Assembly: GCA_964016885.1 (NCBI GenBank) | Contig: OZ024740.1 | Location: 186,186,001 to 186,250,000, forward strand | Source of the DNA: Eledone cirrhosa | Lineage: Eukaryota | Direction of reading: 5' to 3' | DNA: 64,000 nt | In this document: piece after piece, positions 26,205 to 39,004 of the stretch | Layout: every line of letters starts with the position of its first letter | Numbering within the stretch: the first letter of the stretch is position 1 | Made by a program: the position numbers and the translations under genes | The notes under the pieces: model-generated | Seen by the model: only the letters and a program-made list of their open reading frames with translations | Told to the model about the DNA's origin: nothing | Database searches by the model: none

Positions 26205-27815
26205 AAAAATTTCGTTTCTGAATTTGTTTAGCAAGATTCTTTATCTGAAATCGTGTGTGAAACCGATATTGTTATACTTTGGGAGGGTCATGTTGCCAAT
26301 AAGAAACACACGCACCACATGCTTTCACCTCAATTTATTATAATAAATTTATAATAAATTTATAAATTTATAAATTTCTGGTTGGTTGGTTGGTTCCACA
26401 ACCAGATAGTTGTTTATATATTGTCATAGTTCTTTCGTCACACACTCTGTGACCTTTTCAGTGACTGGGGATTCCTTTCTTTGTTTCTGTGCCTCACCTT
26501 TGTTCTGTCCTACGCCATTTTGTTTCTGTGTGTGTGTTGTGTGCCCAGTCTGCGCATGCGCCACATCCGGGTGTATGTGTGTGTTTATGTTCATTTATTT
26601 ATTTGTTTATTTACATATTACTGGTTGGTTGTTTGTTCTATGTGTGTGTGTGTTTTCATTTTGTCCTTAATTGTAAGTTGTGATGTTGCTGTTCCACTCA
26701 TATTTTCTATTTAATTTTGGTTGTAATTCTTTTATGTTTATTGCCTCTGTAATTTGTCTAAACATTGCGTCTTTTCTGTGTGTAGATTCTATTTTATTTC
26801 TATGTTCTCTAATTTACCCTTGTGTTCTATTTTAGCATGTTGGCAGAGTACAGATGATTATTTACTATCTTGAAGGTCTCGCCAGTGTTCGTTTATCCGT
26901 TCTCCTACACTACGAGCTGTCTCACCTATGTACACTATATTTTGGTCTCTACATTGTCCTTCAGTACATCTTATGCTATACACTACATTTCTAGTTTTGC
27001 AGTTAATATGGGGGCTTATTTTACAGGTTATACATGTCTTATCTATACATGAGGGTCTTTGAAAAGGGTATGTCTTGCTAATAAGTGTTTTTACGGAGGT
27101 ACCTGGTCTTTCTACTATCTTAATATTGAGTTTATGTTTGTTTAGGGCCCTTCTAAATGTGTAAGCTAATTCACCTCTAGGGGTTGTATCGATGAACATT
27201 ACACTCTGGTATTTATTGCTATCATACCATGAGTTTATTCTATTAGCCTTGTTCCTAGTTCTTTCTATTCTATTCAAAAATTTGCTCCTATACAAGGGGC
27301 AGGTCCCATTTATGTCATTATTTACGATTTTTTTTCCCATTTGGTTCTGGCTCCTCTATACACTCTGATTTTATCTCTCTGATTGTAGCCAGAGAACTGC
27401 ATACGGTGGATGAAGTGTTGTATGTGTCTCTCTAGTTCTTCGGGGTTGCACATGCGGGACACGTTTCTCATCACCCGTACCAAATCCGCAATTAGTATGT
27501 TGATTTTGGTATGGTCCGAAACGGCCGAGTTTCGGTGGATCCGATGTTTGGAAGTCATGGGTTTGGCATAATGGGAATGGAGGATTTGTTTTTTGTTGTT
27601 AATGGTATCTAACCAGAGCTCTGTGTCTAGTACAGGTAATCGCTGGTTGGGGTGTTTACTTGGGTAGTCTATAGTAACTCTAACGCTCTGGTGGATGGAG
27701 TTTGCTATTTGCTGGATGCTTTCCATTGTGTTTTTCTCTAGTTCCTGACTGTTCTCTAGAGGGGGTGTCTTAACTACGATGTTTATATCATCAAAAACAT
27801 AAAACATATATACAT
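26205..27815 (-). mobile_element. 5'-truncated Penelope-like element family 2 (Neptune-like Cys-rich linker) with 3' pLTR and HHR at 26423-26466
   Basis: VFDDI, LPVLDTELW, HYAKPM, FSGY, KIVERPG, C..TC.TC...C, NVVYSIRC and VYIGETARS..ER.NEH (GIY-YIG). The HHR core is mutated to CTGAAAA. Confidence 0.88.
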
Positions 27816-27927
27816 ACATGTGTGTGTGTATGTGTGCTTGTATACATAATTAACTAAACGTATATAAATATCCATACAAAAATACATCGAGCCCTCTTTG
27901 GATTTTAGTCTTCAAATTTATTATTAT

Positions 27928-27958
<31 letters not shown>

Positions 27959-27962
<4 letters not shown>

Positions 27963-28810
27963 TTCAAAATATTAATAAATATAGACATTCATGTGATCAA
28001 ATATACTTTATTATATATATTTTAGAGGTACTGTGCTGTTTCCTCAGTACGTCCTCATCAGATAAAATAAATTGATGTCTGACATACCTCAACTGTGCTG
28101 ATGGTTCAATTCCAGTCATGCTCCTGATTATCTTTGAAAATATGTGATATGATCTTATATCACTTTATACTGTCTTAATTTTGATATAATATAATAGTAT
28201 AATTTCTTTCAAATATTATAGAGTAAACATTTCACGATATTTAATTGATCGTTTCTACCTAACTTAATATTTGAAAAAAAACGGTCACGCATCATATACC
28301 TCCATTCTTCTTTTCCTTATGTAATTATATTATACTATCTATATCTCCCTTTCTTCGTTTTTTATCTTCATCTCTCTATCTTTCTTCGTTTTTTATCTTC
28401 ATCTCTATCTTTTCCTTTTCTCCTCTATTTAACCCTCTCTCTATTTTTTTTGTTCTAATACGCATATTTACATATTTATTTATTTAAATATTTAACAGTT
28501 ATGTACTTATGTGTTTATGTATTTTACTTACCTATTTATTTTATTTTTTCTACACGTTTTCCTACTCACCCTCTCAATTATATGTAGTTTGTCATGTTAC
28601 TACTCATGGTATATTAATATTGAATTTTGTCATAACTAATCACTGCCAAGACTGGAATTGAACCATCAGCACAGTTGAGGTATGTCAGACATCAATTTAT
28701 TTTATCTGAGGAGGACGTACTTAGGAAATAGTACAGTACCTCTGAAATATATATAATAAAATATATTTGATCACATGAATGTCTATATTTATTAATATTT
28801 TGAATTAATA
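27959..28810. repeat. Inverted repeat with ~160-bp arms, each carrying a hammerhead motif
   Basis: 27959-28117 is the reverse complement of 28651-28810. Confidence 0.88.
28698..28763 (+). ncRNA. Minimal type I hammerhead ribozyme
   Basis: TATTTTAT-CTGAGGA-ggacGTAC..GTACctct-GAAA-T-ATAT-A-TA-ATAAAATA. It has an 8-bp stem I and a palindromic loop III. The mirror copy (28005-28069, minus) has CTGATGA but AAAA. Confidence 0.8.
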
Positions 28811-28907
28811 TTAATAACTCCAGAAAACCTTTTGTTGGGTGCTTCTAATCTATTGTAAAACTATATTCAATGATTAATCCATGAACCTTGTTTAACCTTT
28901 GGTTATG

Positions 28908-29010
<103 letters not shown>

Positions 29011-29529
29011 TATATATGTGTGTGGGAGTCTGTGATCTATATGCACTGGCATAGACACACACACATATATATACACAAAAACAGCACCAGTTCTCTTCCA
29101 TTCTCCTTCTCTGTTTCATTTATCTCTCTCTATGTCTCTCTATGTCTCCTCTGTCACAACCATTATCTCTTACTCTCTATCTTTCTCTCTCTTTGTTTAT
29201 GAAGGTACCCGGATAAACCCCATATCTCGGGAACCTGTGGTCCGATTTACGCGAAATTGTTCCATTTGTATTTCCATTTCAGGGGCAACTTCTGTTCAAA
29301 GTATTTTGCCATTATGCACCTTTTTGGCTATATTACATTACAGACAAGCAGGCAAGAAATCACAGACTTAGTAATATATAGAGATGGCGTTTCTTGGTCA
29401 TCTAACGCCTGGCGGAGCCCATCTTTCTCCGGGTCTGAACACAGCAAATGTCTCCCAGAGAAGGATAGAAAGTGAAAGAGAGGGGAAGTAAAAAAGAGAT
29501 ATAGTGGAAGAAGTGGCTGCAGTACTAGA

Positions 29530-29670
29530 ATGATACATTTGTATTGACCTCAAATGGATGAATGGCAAAGTTGACCTCGGTGGGATTTGAACTCACAGAG
29601 AGCAGAGCTGCAACAAATATTGTTAAGCATTTTATCTGACGTTCTAACAACTCTGCCAATTCGCCTGCTT
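29530..29670 (-). mobile_element. SINE family A
   Basis: ggatgaatggcaaagttgacctcggtgggatttgaactc...ctgccaattcgcc. Confidence 0.7.
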
Positions 29671-30919
29671 TTAAGTTAGTGTATTCTAATATTATATAAC
29701 TACCTTTAATGTTTCATTTTAACTGTACCAGACAATAAAATATTTTACTGAATTTTACTGAAGTCTGTAATAAAAAGAAACATTTTCAAATTCAAGTTCT
29801 AAGGAAATGTTTATAACATTATAAGTCATTTCTGCATTTGAAAACCTCAATGTTTTATAACCCACATTATTTTTTAATTTCTTCTCCTATCTGGAACTAT
29901 AGAGTTATCAATACTTTGCCTCAATTTCAATACATTTTAATTACCCACTGATAATTCATAATATTATCACTAGAGTGAGAATATTTAGTCACTACTTGCG
30001 AAATACTGTTTGACGCCAACATAGTGATATACCATTTACATTCTAATAACTTTAGAACAGGTGTGTAATTGGGTTACAATTTTCAATTGTCTCTAGTTCA
30101 AGTGACAAGTATAATTAATATCATTGAGAAATAGTGTATTCATTATAGAATTCTTCCCTTATGCTCTAAATGCTTATCTCTGTAAGTATGTGCAGAATGC
30201 ATCATTAGTGATTTTGAACGTAATAACCTTAACTAAAACTTTGATAAGAAAGAAGACTGAATATTTAATTACGTCTATCACTATAAGAGGTATGCTTTAA
30301 AATGTGTGATATGTTAATCAAATGCTGCATTAAACAAGTTTCTCTGCGGTAGAGAGACAAATTTATGTTGTTTTGGCAACTTTACAAAGATATAGCCGAC
30401 GTAATATATTTTGGATCAACATTTTATTTTTAATATGGGAGCATTTTACAGGAGCTATTTTGTCGACGAATCAATAAAAAAAATAGGCTATTATTTTAAA
30501 GCAGACGGCAATAAAAGGCGATATCATTTGATGGAATTCTTTAAATTACAAAATTCCATGACGTATAAAGTATTTATATTACTTCAAAACTGCAATTCGG
30601 CATCTTATCTAAATTCTTAAAAGGAACTGCGCATTAAGAAAGCTAGTAAATTGAAGACACAGATCATTAAAATTTAGTATAAAAAATAAAATTAAAGACA
30701 AACACTAAATATTTAAATATGATAGAATAAACAACTTCATCGTCGTAATTTTATTATTAGTAATTATATGTTTGGTCAAAGCTAACAAAATACAGTTCTT
30801 GTCATTAATAGAATTATAACAAAAAATATATGAGAATTTAACGTTCGGATTCTCATTTTCATTAATTTTCCACCTGAATAAGTTTATTTCTGCTCAAGAA
30901 ATAATTATATTTCTGCCAC

Positions 30920-31030
30920 GTCTTTTCATGTGGAAAGTGTGTTCAAGTAATAATACAGAACCTGTCTTTGAACGAAGAAGTTCTGTTAGAATATATTTAG
31001 CGGCTGAGAATAGTATATCTGTTGCAGGAA
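30920..31030 (-). pseudogene. Possible hAT transposase dimerisation-domain remnant
   Basis: PATDILFSAAKYILTELLRSKTG resembles the hAT PATS..SERLFS.AG.I...RS motif. The match is short and decayed. Confidence 0.3.
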
Positions 31031-32891
31031 ATAAGTCAATGAATACATGACGCTGTAATTAGGTAGACCACTATCAACACCAGCGTGATTCCTGCCTGAG
31101 CAGCAGTGCTTTCACTTGGAAATAATTCATACTGTTCATAGAATGCTCCGTTTGACCTTAAATGACAGTTGAAAAATATTTCTGACTTATTGGGCACGTG
31201 TATACCTGAAACATAAAATACATATTTTGTAAATTATAACCTAGACTTGTCATGTTTTATGATTTAATATTATTTTTCTAAAATGAGAATAAGACGTATA
31301 CATACAAGTTATGAAAAATTGTAGTAGTGACGTTTTTGAGAGAACATAAATCTATTCTATGGAAACAATATTTTCAATAAAATTAATGTTTGTCTTTAGC
31401 TTCTACAACGGATATAATTCCAACTCCAACAATGACAAATGCTTTGATGAACGTTGATTATGACGTACTTCATTCAAGAAGATTTGTACTAATATACATT
31501 TCATCTGAGTTATCATGTTAGTTCAGTGCAAAAAATGTTTGTAATTTACCTCAGTACATGTCTTATTTACATGGCAATATCCGGAAGAGCTTTAAGTATG
31601 GCTGAGCATAAAGTCGAAAGTTCAGATACATATCTAAACTCTGAATTAGTTATTTTCGTTATTTAAAATAATGATGAACCACACAGATAACAACAGACTA
31701 GAAGAGGTTTTTAGAAGAAGACAGCGCTGTAGTGATGTAACACAGTTATCATATCAATGATTTTTTTCTAGTTTTTAAGATATCCAAGGTTCTTCACGCT
31801 AGAGAAACAGTTAGGTTGTTCTAAGTAATGCAAATTTCAAAGCTAATATGTCATTTACTGAGATAAATACGAATGGCTGGAGTTTGTACATTTATAGTTC
31901 GAGTTCCTATCTTTCGAAATATCTTTTATTCAAATAATTTTCTGAAATTTCCATTTTCCTGCGTACTATTTTCTAAGCAGCTAAAGATAATTTATGTTAG
32001 AAATAGCATCCAGAGCTTTCATACGTTATACCTTGGCGTGTTAAGGAAAGGAATGCCACATCAGATAATATAATCTAAGATTTTAAAAAATGTATTTAAA
32101 TAGGCGGAATAATGTAGGTCGCAACATCTTTTATCATAATTATTTCCGATCGGGAGTGAAACGAAGCTATTTGCTTCTCTATTCTTTAATATTAATAACA
32201 GATTTCTCCTGAAATGTTCGTAGATAAAAACATTGAAATAAGTTAATTTGCTAGGAGTTTCAAAACCCAGTGGTTGAAACACCTCTCCTTTTCCAGAAAG
32301 AAAAAAACATTTTTTTCTATCCTACCAACACACATTTCTTTGGATTTCGAACTTTAGTTTGTTATTCCTTGTTCAATAAACAAAATACCGTTGCCATTTA
32401 TAGAAACCAAATTTGGAATAGGTAAGCTCAACTATTTCGTTTATGAACTCACATCTTACTGAATAAAATGCAATGGAAATGTGACTAGTTTTTTTTTCAG
32501 AGGGAATATATAATTAACAGTGTGTGGGAGTAGAAATATCTATTAGATTAGATTACATTATTAAGAAACTTTAACCGGTATTATAAAATTTCACCATAAT
32601 CTTTCAACATAATTACTATTTGGTGAAATAATATGCAAACTTGGTATTGATTATGAATTTGCAGCAGTTAGAAACATTTTCTCAATCTAATTTGGTCCAA
32701 ATGCAATATAGTCAGTAACACAAAGTTAATTGCTTTCGCGCTGAATCGAATTCAGCAATGATTATCTGAGCAATTTGCTTGTATGATTTGCTGAGGATGT
32801 TAGAAAACAAGAATTTCGAAATAAAATATCGTATTATAATTATCAGTATTTGAAAAGAATATAAGCCATTCAACTTTGATAAAATTTTAGA

Positions 32892-32977
<86 letters not shown>
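32892..32977. repeat. (ATT)n microsatellite at the LINE 5' junction
   Basis: Direct reading. Confidence 0.95.
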
Positions 32978-33192
32978 GGTTGGTTTAGCCACGCTTCTTA
33001 TCGCCTCCAGTCATTTTCAACGTTTTACCTCTTTTTCAACCGTTCTAAACCTTTTATTCAAGTTTTAAATTTGATAAAAGTTTAGAAGAAGTGATCCACC
33101 TAATACAGGGGTTCACTAGTAAATAATACGGCACCCCTTTACGGGGTGTCGTATTCGTGTTTGTGTAAAAATATTTTTTGAAAAATTTCAAC

Positions 33193-35230
33193 ATGGATAA
33201 CACAAAAAAGAGAGAGAGCGCTATCAGACAACACAGAGAGAGGAAGACTTTATCAGCATGTCAACAAGACAGCGTTCCAGCGGAGGTAAATATAAACGAA
33301 AATATTACAAAGGAAAAAAAGATTGTTACAGATTTAAAATTAACAAATATTTCTAACACAAACAACACCAACAATAACACCAACAACATCACCAACAACA
33401 CCAAAAATAACAGCGGTAAAGTCGAGAACGACAATAACAAAAATAACAGCGGTAAGGTCGAGACCAACAATAACAAAAATAACAGCGGTAAGGTCGAGAA
33501 CGACAATAACAATGACAATAACAACAGCCACAACAACAATAATAGTAGGAACAGTATCAACAAAAACAACAATAATAAAAACAGCCACAATAACAGTAAC
33601 AACAGCAACAGTATCAACGAAAACAACACCAACAACTGTACCAGCGAAAACAAAAACAATGACACCGATACCTGTAATAGCGACCTCAGCACCACCAGTA
33701 AGACCAGTAGCGACAACAATAGTGGTGCTGCTTAAAAAGGGACCACTTCTTTTGCAGGTGTCGCCCGAAATATCGAGACAGTGTTAGTCACAGAGGAGGA
33801 GATGGCAGTCGCAAGGGCCATGGTGACAAGAAGCGCAAATAGAGTTTCCCTGAAACCTCCACCCGATTTTTTCAAGGACCAGCAGCTACGAACGGTGACT
33901 TACCGCGCCGTAAGCAAAATCTCACATCGAGTGGAGAGAGCCACGGAGGCTCAAATCCAAAAGGCCTTGGGGTGCGTCTGGGCACGCAAAACCCACATCA
34001 CGCGAGGCAGAAAGTACGCCACAGTAGACGTACTTTTCGCCACCCCCAGGAAGCAAAGTCTCACTATTTGGAAACCCTAAAGAGTGAGGAGTTAGTCTTG
34101 GTGCCCTCCTACTGCGGGCAGAAAATTGTGAGGCTCAAAGTGACCCAGGTCCCACCCGTCGTGCCCATACCTTGGCTGGCCGCGTCTGTCCTTGTTGGAA
34201 TTGAGAACAGGGCGACCATGCTGCAAGTAGAAAAAATAGGGCGTGAGAACTGGTCAGGTATAGGCATGCAAATGCTTATACAAACTGACCAGGAATGTAT
34301 CGAGCTGTCCCCGATATCATAGACTTTGAGGAAGGACTCCAACTCCCTATAAGTGTAGAAGGAAGACGGCCAAAATGTTATCTCTGTGGGTCGAAAGGTC
34401 ACCTCAGGGCCTTTTGCCCGCAGAAGACACCGAAGAGGGCCCCTCTCCTTCCAATACCTGGTCCGCTGCTACCAAGAGCAGGTGAGGCAACAAACGAAGA
34501 AGCCCCTTCCATGGTGAGTAGGAGGGTAACGTCCGTAGCACCCGTACCAAGGCCACGGATAACTAAAGCAGCATCATCAGTAGAGGCAACACCAATAGCT
34601 ACATTTGAAATAGCTACACCAGTAACAACATTGCCGAAGAGGGCTCCACTACCACCACCAACAGCCGTGGAGCACATACCCCTCACATACGCCACAGAAT
34701 CCGACATGGAGTTTGAGGCGGGAGTAACGTGGCAAACGGTCTGCCACAAAAAACAAAATAGAAAAAAACCCTTAGATTCACCTCCAAAAGCGAAGGCATA
34801 CAAAGAGGGGTAAAGGCAGCAAGGAAACTTGCATCAACACCACCACAAACACCAACAACGCAAACACAACAAGGCAGACCCACCAAACAGCAACAAGTAA
34901 AAAACGGCAACAAAATCACCCCTCCCCCCAAAAAGTACACAGCCATAAACATAGCAAAAAAAGAACTCATAAAATATATAAAGCAGCACACAGACATCAC
35001 GAAAAAAAATACTACACCCCACCACACCAAGAACTCTCCCGACAAACATAAGAATCATCGAAATCTCATTAGAACAATACAAACCTTTAAAACAAAAATT
35101 CCCCAACGCAGTTGGAGACGTCAGAGGGACGGTTACCAAGAGGATATACAGTGACATCCTCTTGGAAACACCCAAGACCAGCGAAAGGGACGGTTCTGCT
35201 GTCCCTTCACCACACGAACAAGGTAAGTGA
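33193..35230 (+). pseudogene. LINE ORF1 (Asn-rich N-terminus, RRM-like region, CX2CX4HX4C), interrupted
   Basis: In-frame TAA at 33733-33735 and several frameshifts. Homologous to 39697-41793. Confidence 0.88.
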
Positions 35231-35262
35231 CCCTTTCTCATTTGCCCCGTTTCTCATCCAAC

Positions 35263-38200
35263 ATGGCTGTACTCAGAATAGGAAGTATAAATGCATGTGG
35301 CCTGGGGTCATCTTGGAAGCAGGGTCACCTGCTCAATGACCTCAGATCACTAAACATAGATGTGGTGGCCATCAGTGAAACCAGAATCTCCGAGGCACGG
35401 GCCTTCGCACCGATCTTCGGCGGCTACGATGTATACGCATCTCCCAGCCGTCCAGGATCGGGGGGAGGGGTTGCCGTCCTTTATCGGAGAGGCTTGGATC
35501 TCGCGATACGGGCCATCTTCCTGGACCCAGAAGGTAAGTCGGTGGTGCTGGACGTGACCGGAAGCGAAGGCAATGCTTTTAGGCTAGTAGCCGTCTACGC
35601 CCCAACAGGGGCAGGACGGCAAGATTTCTTCAGACGTCTAGAGACCTTTCTTGGAGCGTCCCGCTCTTCTGTGTTAGTGGGCGACTGGAACGGTATCTTG
35701 GATGCATGCTGGGATCGTGTGGAGCTAGTGGATAGGGGAGGAGGGTGCAAGAGCCTCACCAACCTGCTCAGACGTTTTGAACTGTCTGACAGGTATCGAC
35801 TGGATCACCCGAACGTGCTAATGTGGACATGGACAAACCGCATCGGGTCATCCAGATCGTAACTAGATAGGGTATTCTGCAGGGAACTAGATAACGCTAG
35901 TATAAGTTGTCCACAATTTAAAATAGTCGACTACACAGACCACACATTTGTGAACTGTGGGATCGACATAGACAGACTTCATAGACAAGGGCCTGGTTAC
36001 TGGAAGATGAACGCGTCTTTCCCGGCGCGCAAGGCCAACAGAGACCGGATTAGCGTATTAGTTAAGCGGGCGTTGACGGAAGCGGTCGTCAACAACAGGT
36101 GGTGGTACGCCCTGAAAAGGGCAATTAAAGTAGAGTCGATTAGGTTTAGCAAAGGAGTAGTGATAGAGGAAAATAGAGTAGAGGGAGAGCTAGTCAGAAA
36201 GCTAGAAGAGGCGTTTAGGACAGGCATCGCAACCGACGTGCTTGCGGCGAGATTGGCACTCGACCAATTCTTCAACGCAAAACACGAATGCTGCGTTGTC
36301 AGAGCTAGAGCGCGTGCTCTGAAACACGAGGGGACAAAAGCCGTCCAATGGGCCCGGGTGGCAGAGGCGCGACGTGGCAATAAAGCGACAATTCGGTCTT
36401 TGTCTGACCAAAACGGGTGCGTGATGCTCGAACCCGAGCGGATGTGTGAAGCTTTTCAGCAGCACTTTGATGAACTGTTCGGGAGCGGCGGCGGCCCGGA
36501 TCGGGACATGGACTTTAGTGCATACCTCAACGGACTGCCTCGGCTCTCGACGACCGCAGCACAGTCTTGCGAAAAGCCAATATCAGCCGGTGGAATACGG
36601 GAAGCGATGGCTAACTGCACAAGAGGTAAATCGCCAGGTTTAGATGGTCTGCCCTACGAGCTTTATGCATTTATGCCAGACTTGTTCGGTGACTTCTTGG
36701 CAGACGTCTACTGCAACTGGCAGCAGAACGGGAGCATTCCCAGTTTTGTGAGCCGGGGAGCAGTGGCGCTGCTTAGAAAAGACTCGAACAAGGGGGATCT
36801 TATTGATAATTTCAGGCCCATAACTCTGCTAAACGCAGAGTTCAAGATTTTGGCCAAGGTGTTAGCAACGAGGTTGGCGCTTGTCGTCAAGGGTCTGATG
36901 GGAGAGATCCATACAGATCCATCGCGGACAGATCCATACAGGACAACCTCCACCTCATGCGATACATCATAGAGAGGGTGGTTAAGGAACCTGGCAAGGG
37001 TGGGGCCCTGATCAACTTGGATCAATCCAAAGCATTAGATAGGGTCGACCATAGGTACCTAGCGGCGGCCCTCGAGGCAGCCGGTTTCGGGCCCGTTTTC
37101 AGACGTTGGATCGCAGCAATGTACAGCGACATCTGCTCAGTTGTGAGGGTGAACGGTCACCTGTCACAGCCGTTCAGCATCATGCGCTCAGTCCGCCAGG
37201 GCTGTCCCCTCTCGTCCCTCTTGTACGTATTGGCTCTCGAGCCGTTACTGCACAAACTGGGGGCGATGAGGGGCGTCGAGCACCAGACACGTCCAGATGC
37301 TCGGCACCGCTCTCAAGGAATACGAAACAGTGACAGGAGCAATGATCAACCAGGAAAAGTCGGTGGGCTTGCAGCTAATCACCTGGAGAGGCAAGTCCAT
37401 GCCGTCCGACAGCGTCGTGGGGCGTTGGACGGACGGACCGGTTAAATTGCTCGGGGTCTGGTTCGGACCGGACCACCAGATGGAGAAAAACTGGAACGAT
37501 GTGACGAGCAGGGTGGCCTCCCTCACCCAGAAATGGGCTGAGAGGAAGCTATCCCTGAAAGGCCGGGCGGAAGTGGCGAATGCGTACATCGTATCCGTCA
37601 TCTGCTACCGCCTCACTGTCGTCCCTTGCTCCAGCCCAACTCTCACCAAAATGGAGCGCCTCCTCTTCTGCTTTTTGTGGAAGGGAAGCGCTCCCATGTT
37701 CAGACGATCCATCTGCTGTCAACACCCGTTGCGTGAAGGACTGGGCATGCCATGGCTGATGATGCGCAAACATGCGCTGAGGCTGCGACATCTCTGGTGC
37801 TTCCTTGATGGTGAACGGGTGTGGTCGCCGTTCGCCAGGCACATTTTCCCACAGCTCGTCTCCTTGACGGAGCTGCAGTCCTGGGTCAGAAAAAGACCGA
37901 GGGATAGCGCTTGGAAACTGGAATGTCTCCAGGCGCTCACTGCCCTCTCCCAGTTGGGCACCAGTATCGGTGGAACATCCACCTCGGCGTTCTATAGAGG
38001 ACTAGTGGAGGGGAAGAGCGACGACGTTCTCGGAGAGATCCTGGGCGTCGAAGAAGATCAGCTGCTTGCTCTCTTCCGGAGAACTTTCAGCCCGGGGCCT
38101 ATGGATAACTTCCAAAAATCCCTGGTCTGGCAGTGCTACCGGGGAGCACTGCCGTCCGAGATGCGCGCAGAGCGACGAAACCGTTGTGCACGCACTCGTT

Positions 38201-38569
38201 CAGTGCCCGAGCATTGCTGACTTGTGGAGCTATGTCGAACAGTTGCTGTCACGTGTGGGACTGATCCGGTTGTCGACTGAGTACATTGTGCAGATGGTCT
38301 CGCCGTCTTCCTTTGAGGAGGAAGGGCAGGCTTTTTTCATCTGCCTGGTGGCCATGGCGAAAGAGCTTGTGTGGTGGACAAGGTTAAAAGGATTAAAGAC
38401 AAACACTTTCCTCTTCGGCGAATCCCTAATTAACTTTTTCAAGTTTCACTTGAAGAGGAAAATCAGGGTGGAGAGGCAAGTGCTGCTTCCTAGCAAGTTT
38501 GTTGAAAGGTGGGTGAATGTAGCGAGAATGGTCCGAGTGAACGGGACCACTCTGAATATACGTCTGTAG
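35263..38569 (+). pseudogene. LINE ORF2 (APE endonuclease plus RT), inactivated
   Basis: SINACG, ISET, VYAP, GDWN, TDH, KSPGLDG, FRPITLLN and RQGCPLS are present. There is a stop at 35860, frameshifts, and a deletion of YADD at ~37277. Confidence 0.93.
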
Positions 38570-38877
38570 TTTGAGAGATGCAAAAATTGAGAGAGGGCGC
38601 TTGCCCTGGTAGTCAGGGTGGCCGTGGTATTTTGTGTGGTTTTCGCCACGAGTAACCCTCGGAGGTTTCCTCCATATTGGGGAATTTTTCATTGTTTCAA
38701 TTTTCATTTTATTGATTATATATATATATGTTTTATGTCTTTTTTCTTTTCTTATATAAATAATAAATATATTTACACGCACAAAACCCACATCGTACCG
38801 TCCTGTTCCGTCTGTGATGTTTTTCTTGATGACAGCCCTTGTGGCCAATAAAGAAATCATTATTATTATTATTATAA

Positions 38878-38998
38878 TGAGTTCAAATCCCGCCGAGGTT
38901 AACTTTGCCTTTCATCCTTCCGGGGTCGATAGAATAAAGTACCAGTAATAATTGCTGGCCTTGTGCCAAAAGTAGAAACAATTATTATTATTATTATT
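38878..38998 (+). mobile_element. SINE family A, 5'-truncated, with (ATT)n tail
   Basis: gagttcaaatcccgccgaggttaac...ccttgtgccaaaagtagaaacaattatt. Confidence 0.85.
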
Positions 38999-39004
38999 GT
39001 TGTT

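Larger units (their letters stand above)
32978..38858 (+). mobile_element. Full-length but decayed Tx1/L1-type LINE
   Basis: 5'UTR, ORF1 with a CCHC knuckle, ORF2 with APE-RT-CCHC, and a 3'UTR ending AATAAAGAAATC(ATT)n. Confidence 0.95.

Noticed and set aside
33400-33510. 36-bp direct repeats as a CRISPR-like array
   Set aside because: These are contiguous coding repeats (KNNSGKVENDNN) with no spacers, in a eukaryotic context.
33261-33719. Leu/Val-rich antisense ORFs that look like membrane proteins (also 12450-12692 and 39939-40478)
   Set aside because: They are the reverse complement of AAC-rich ORF1 codons.
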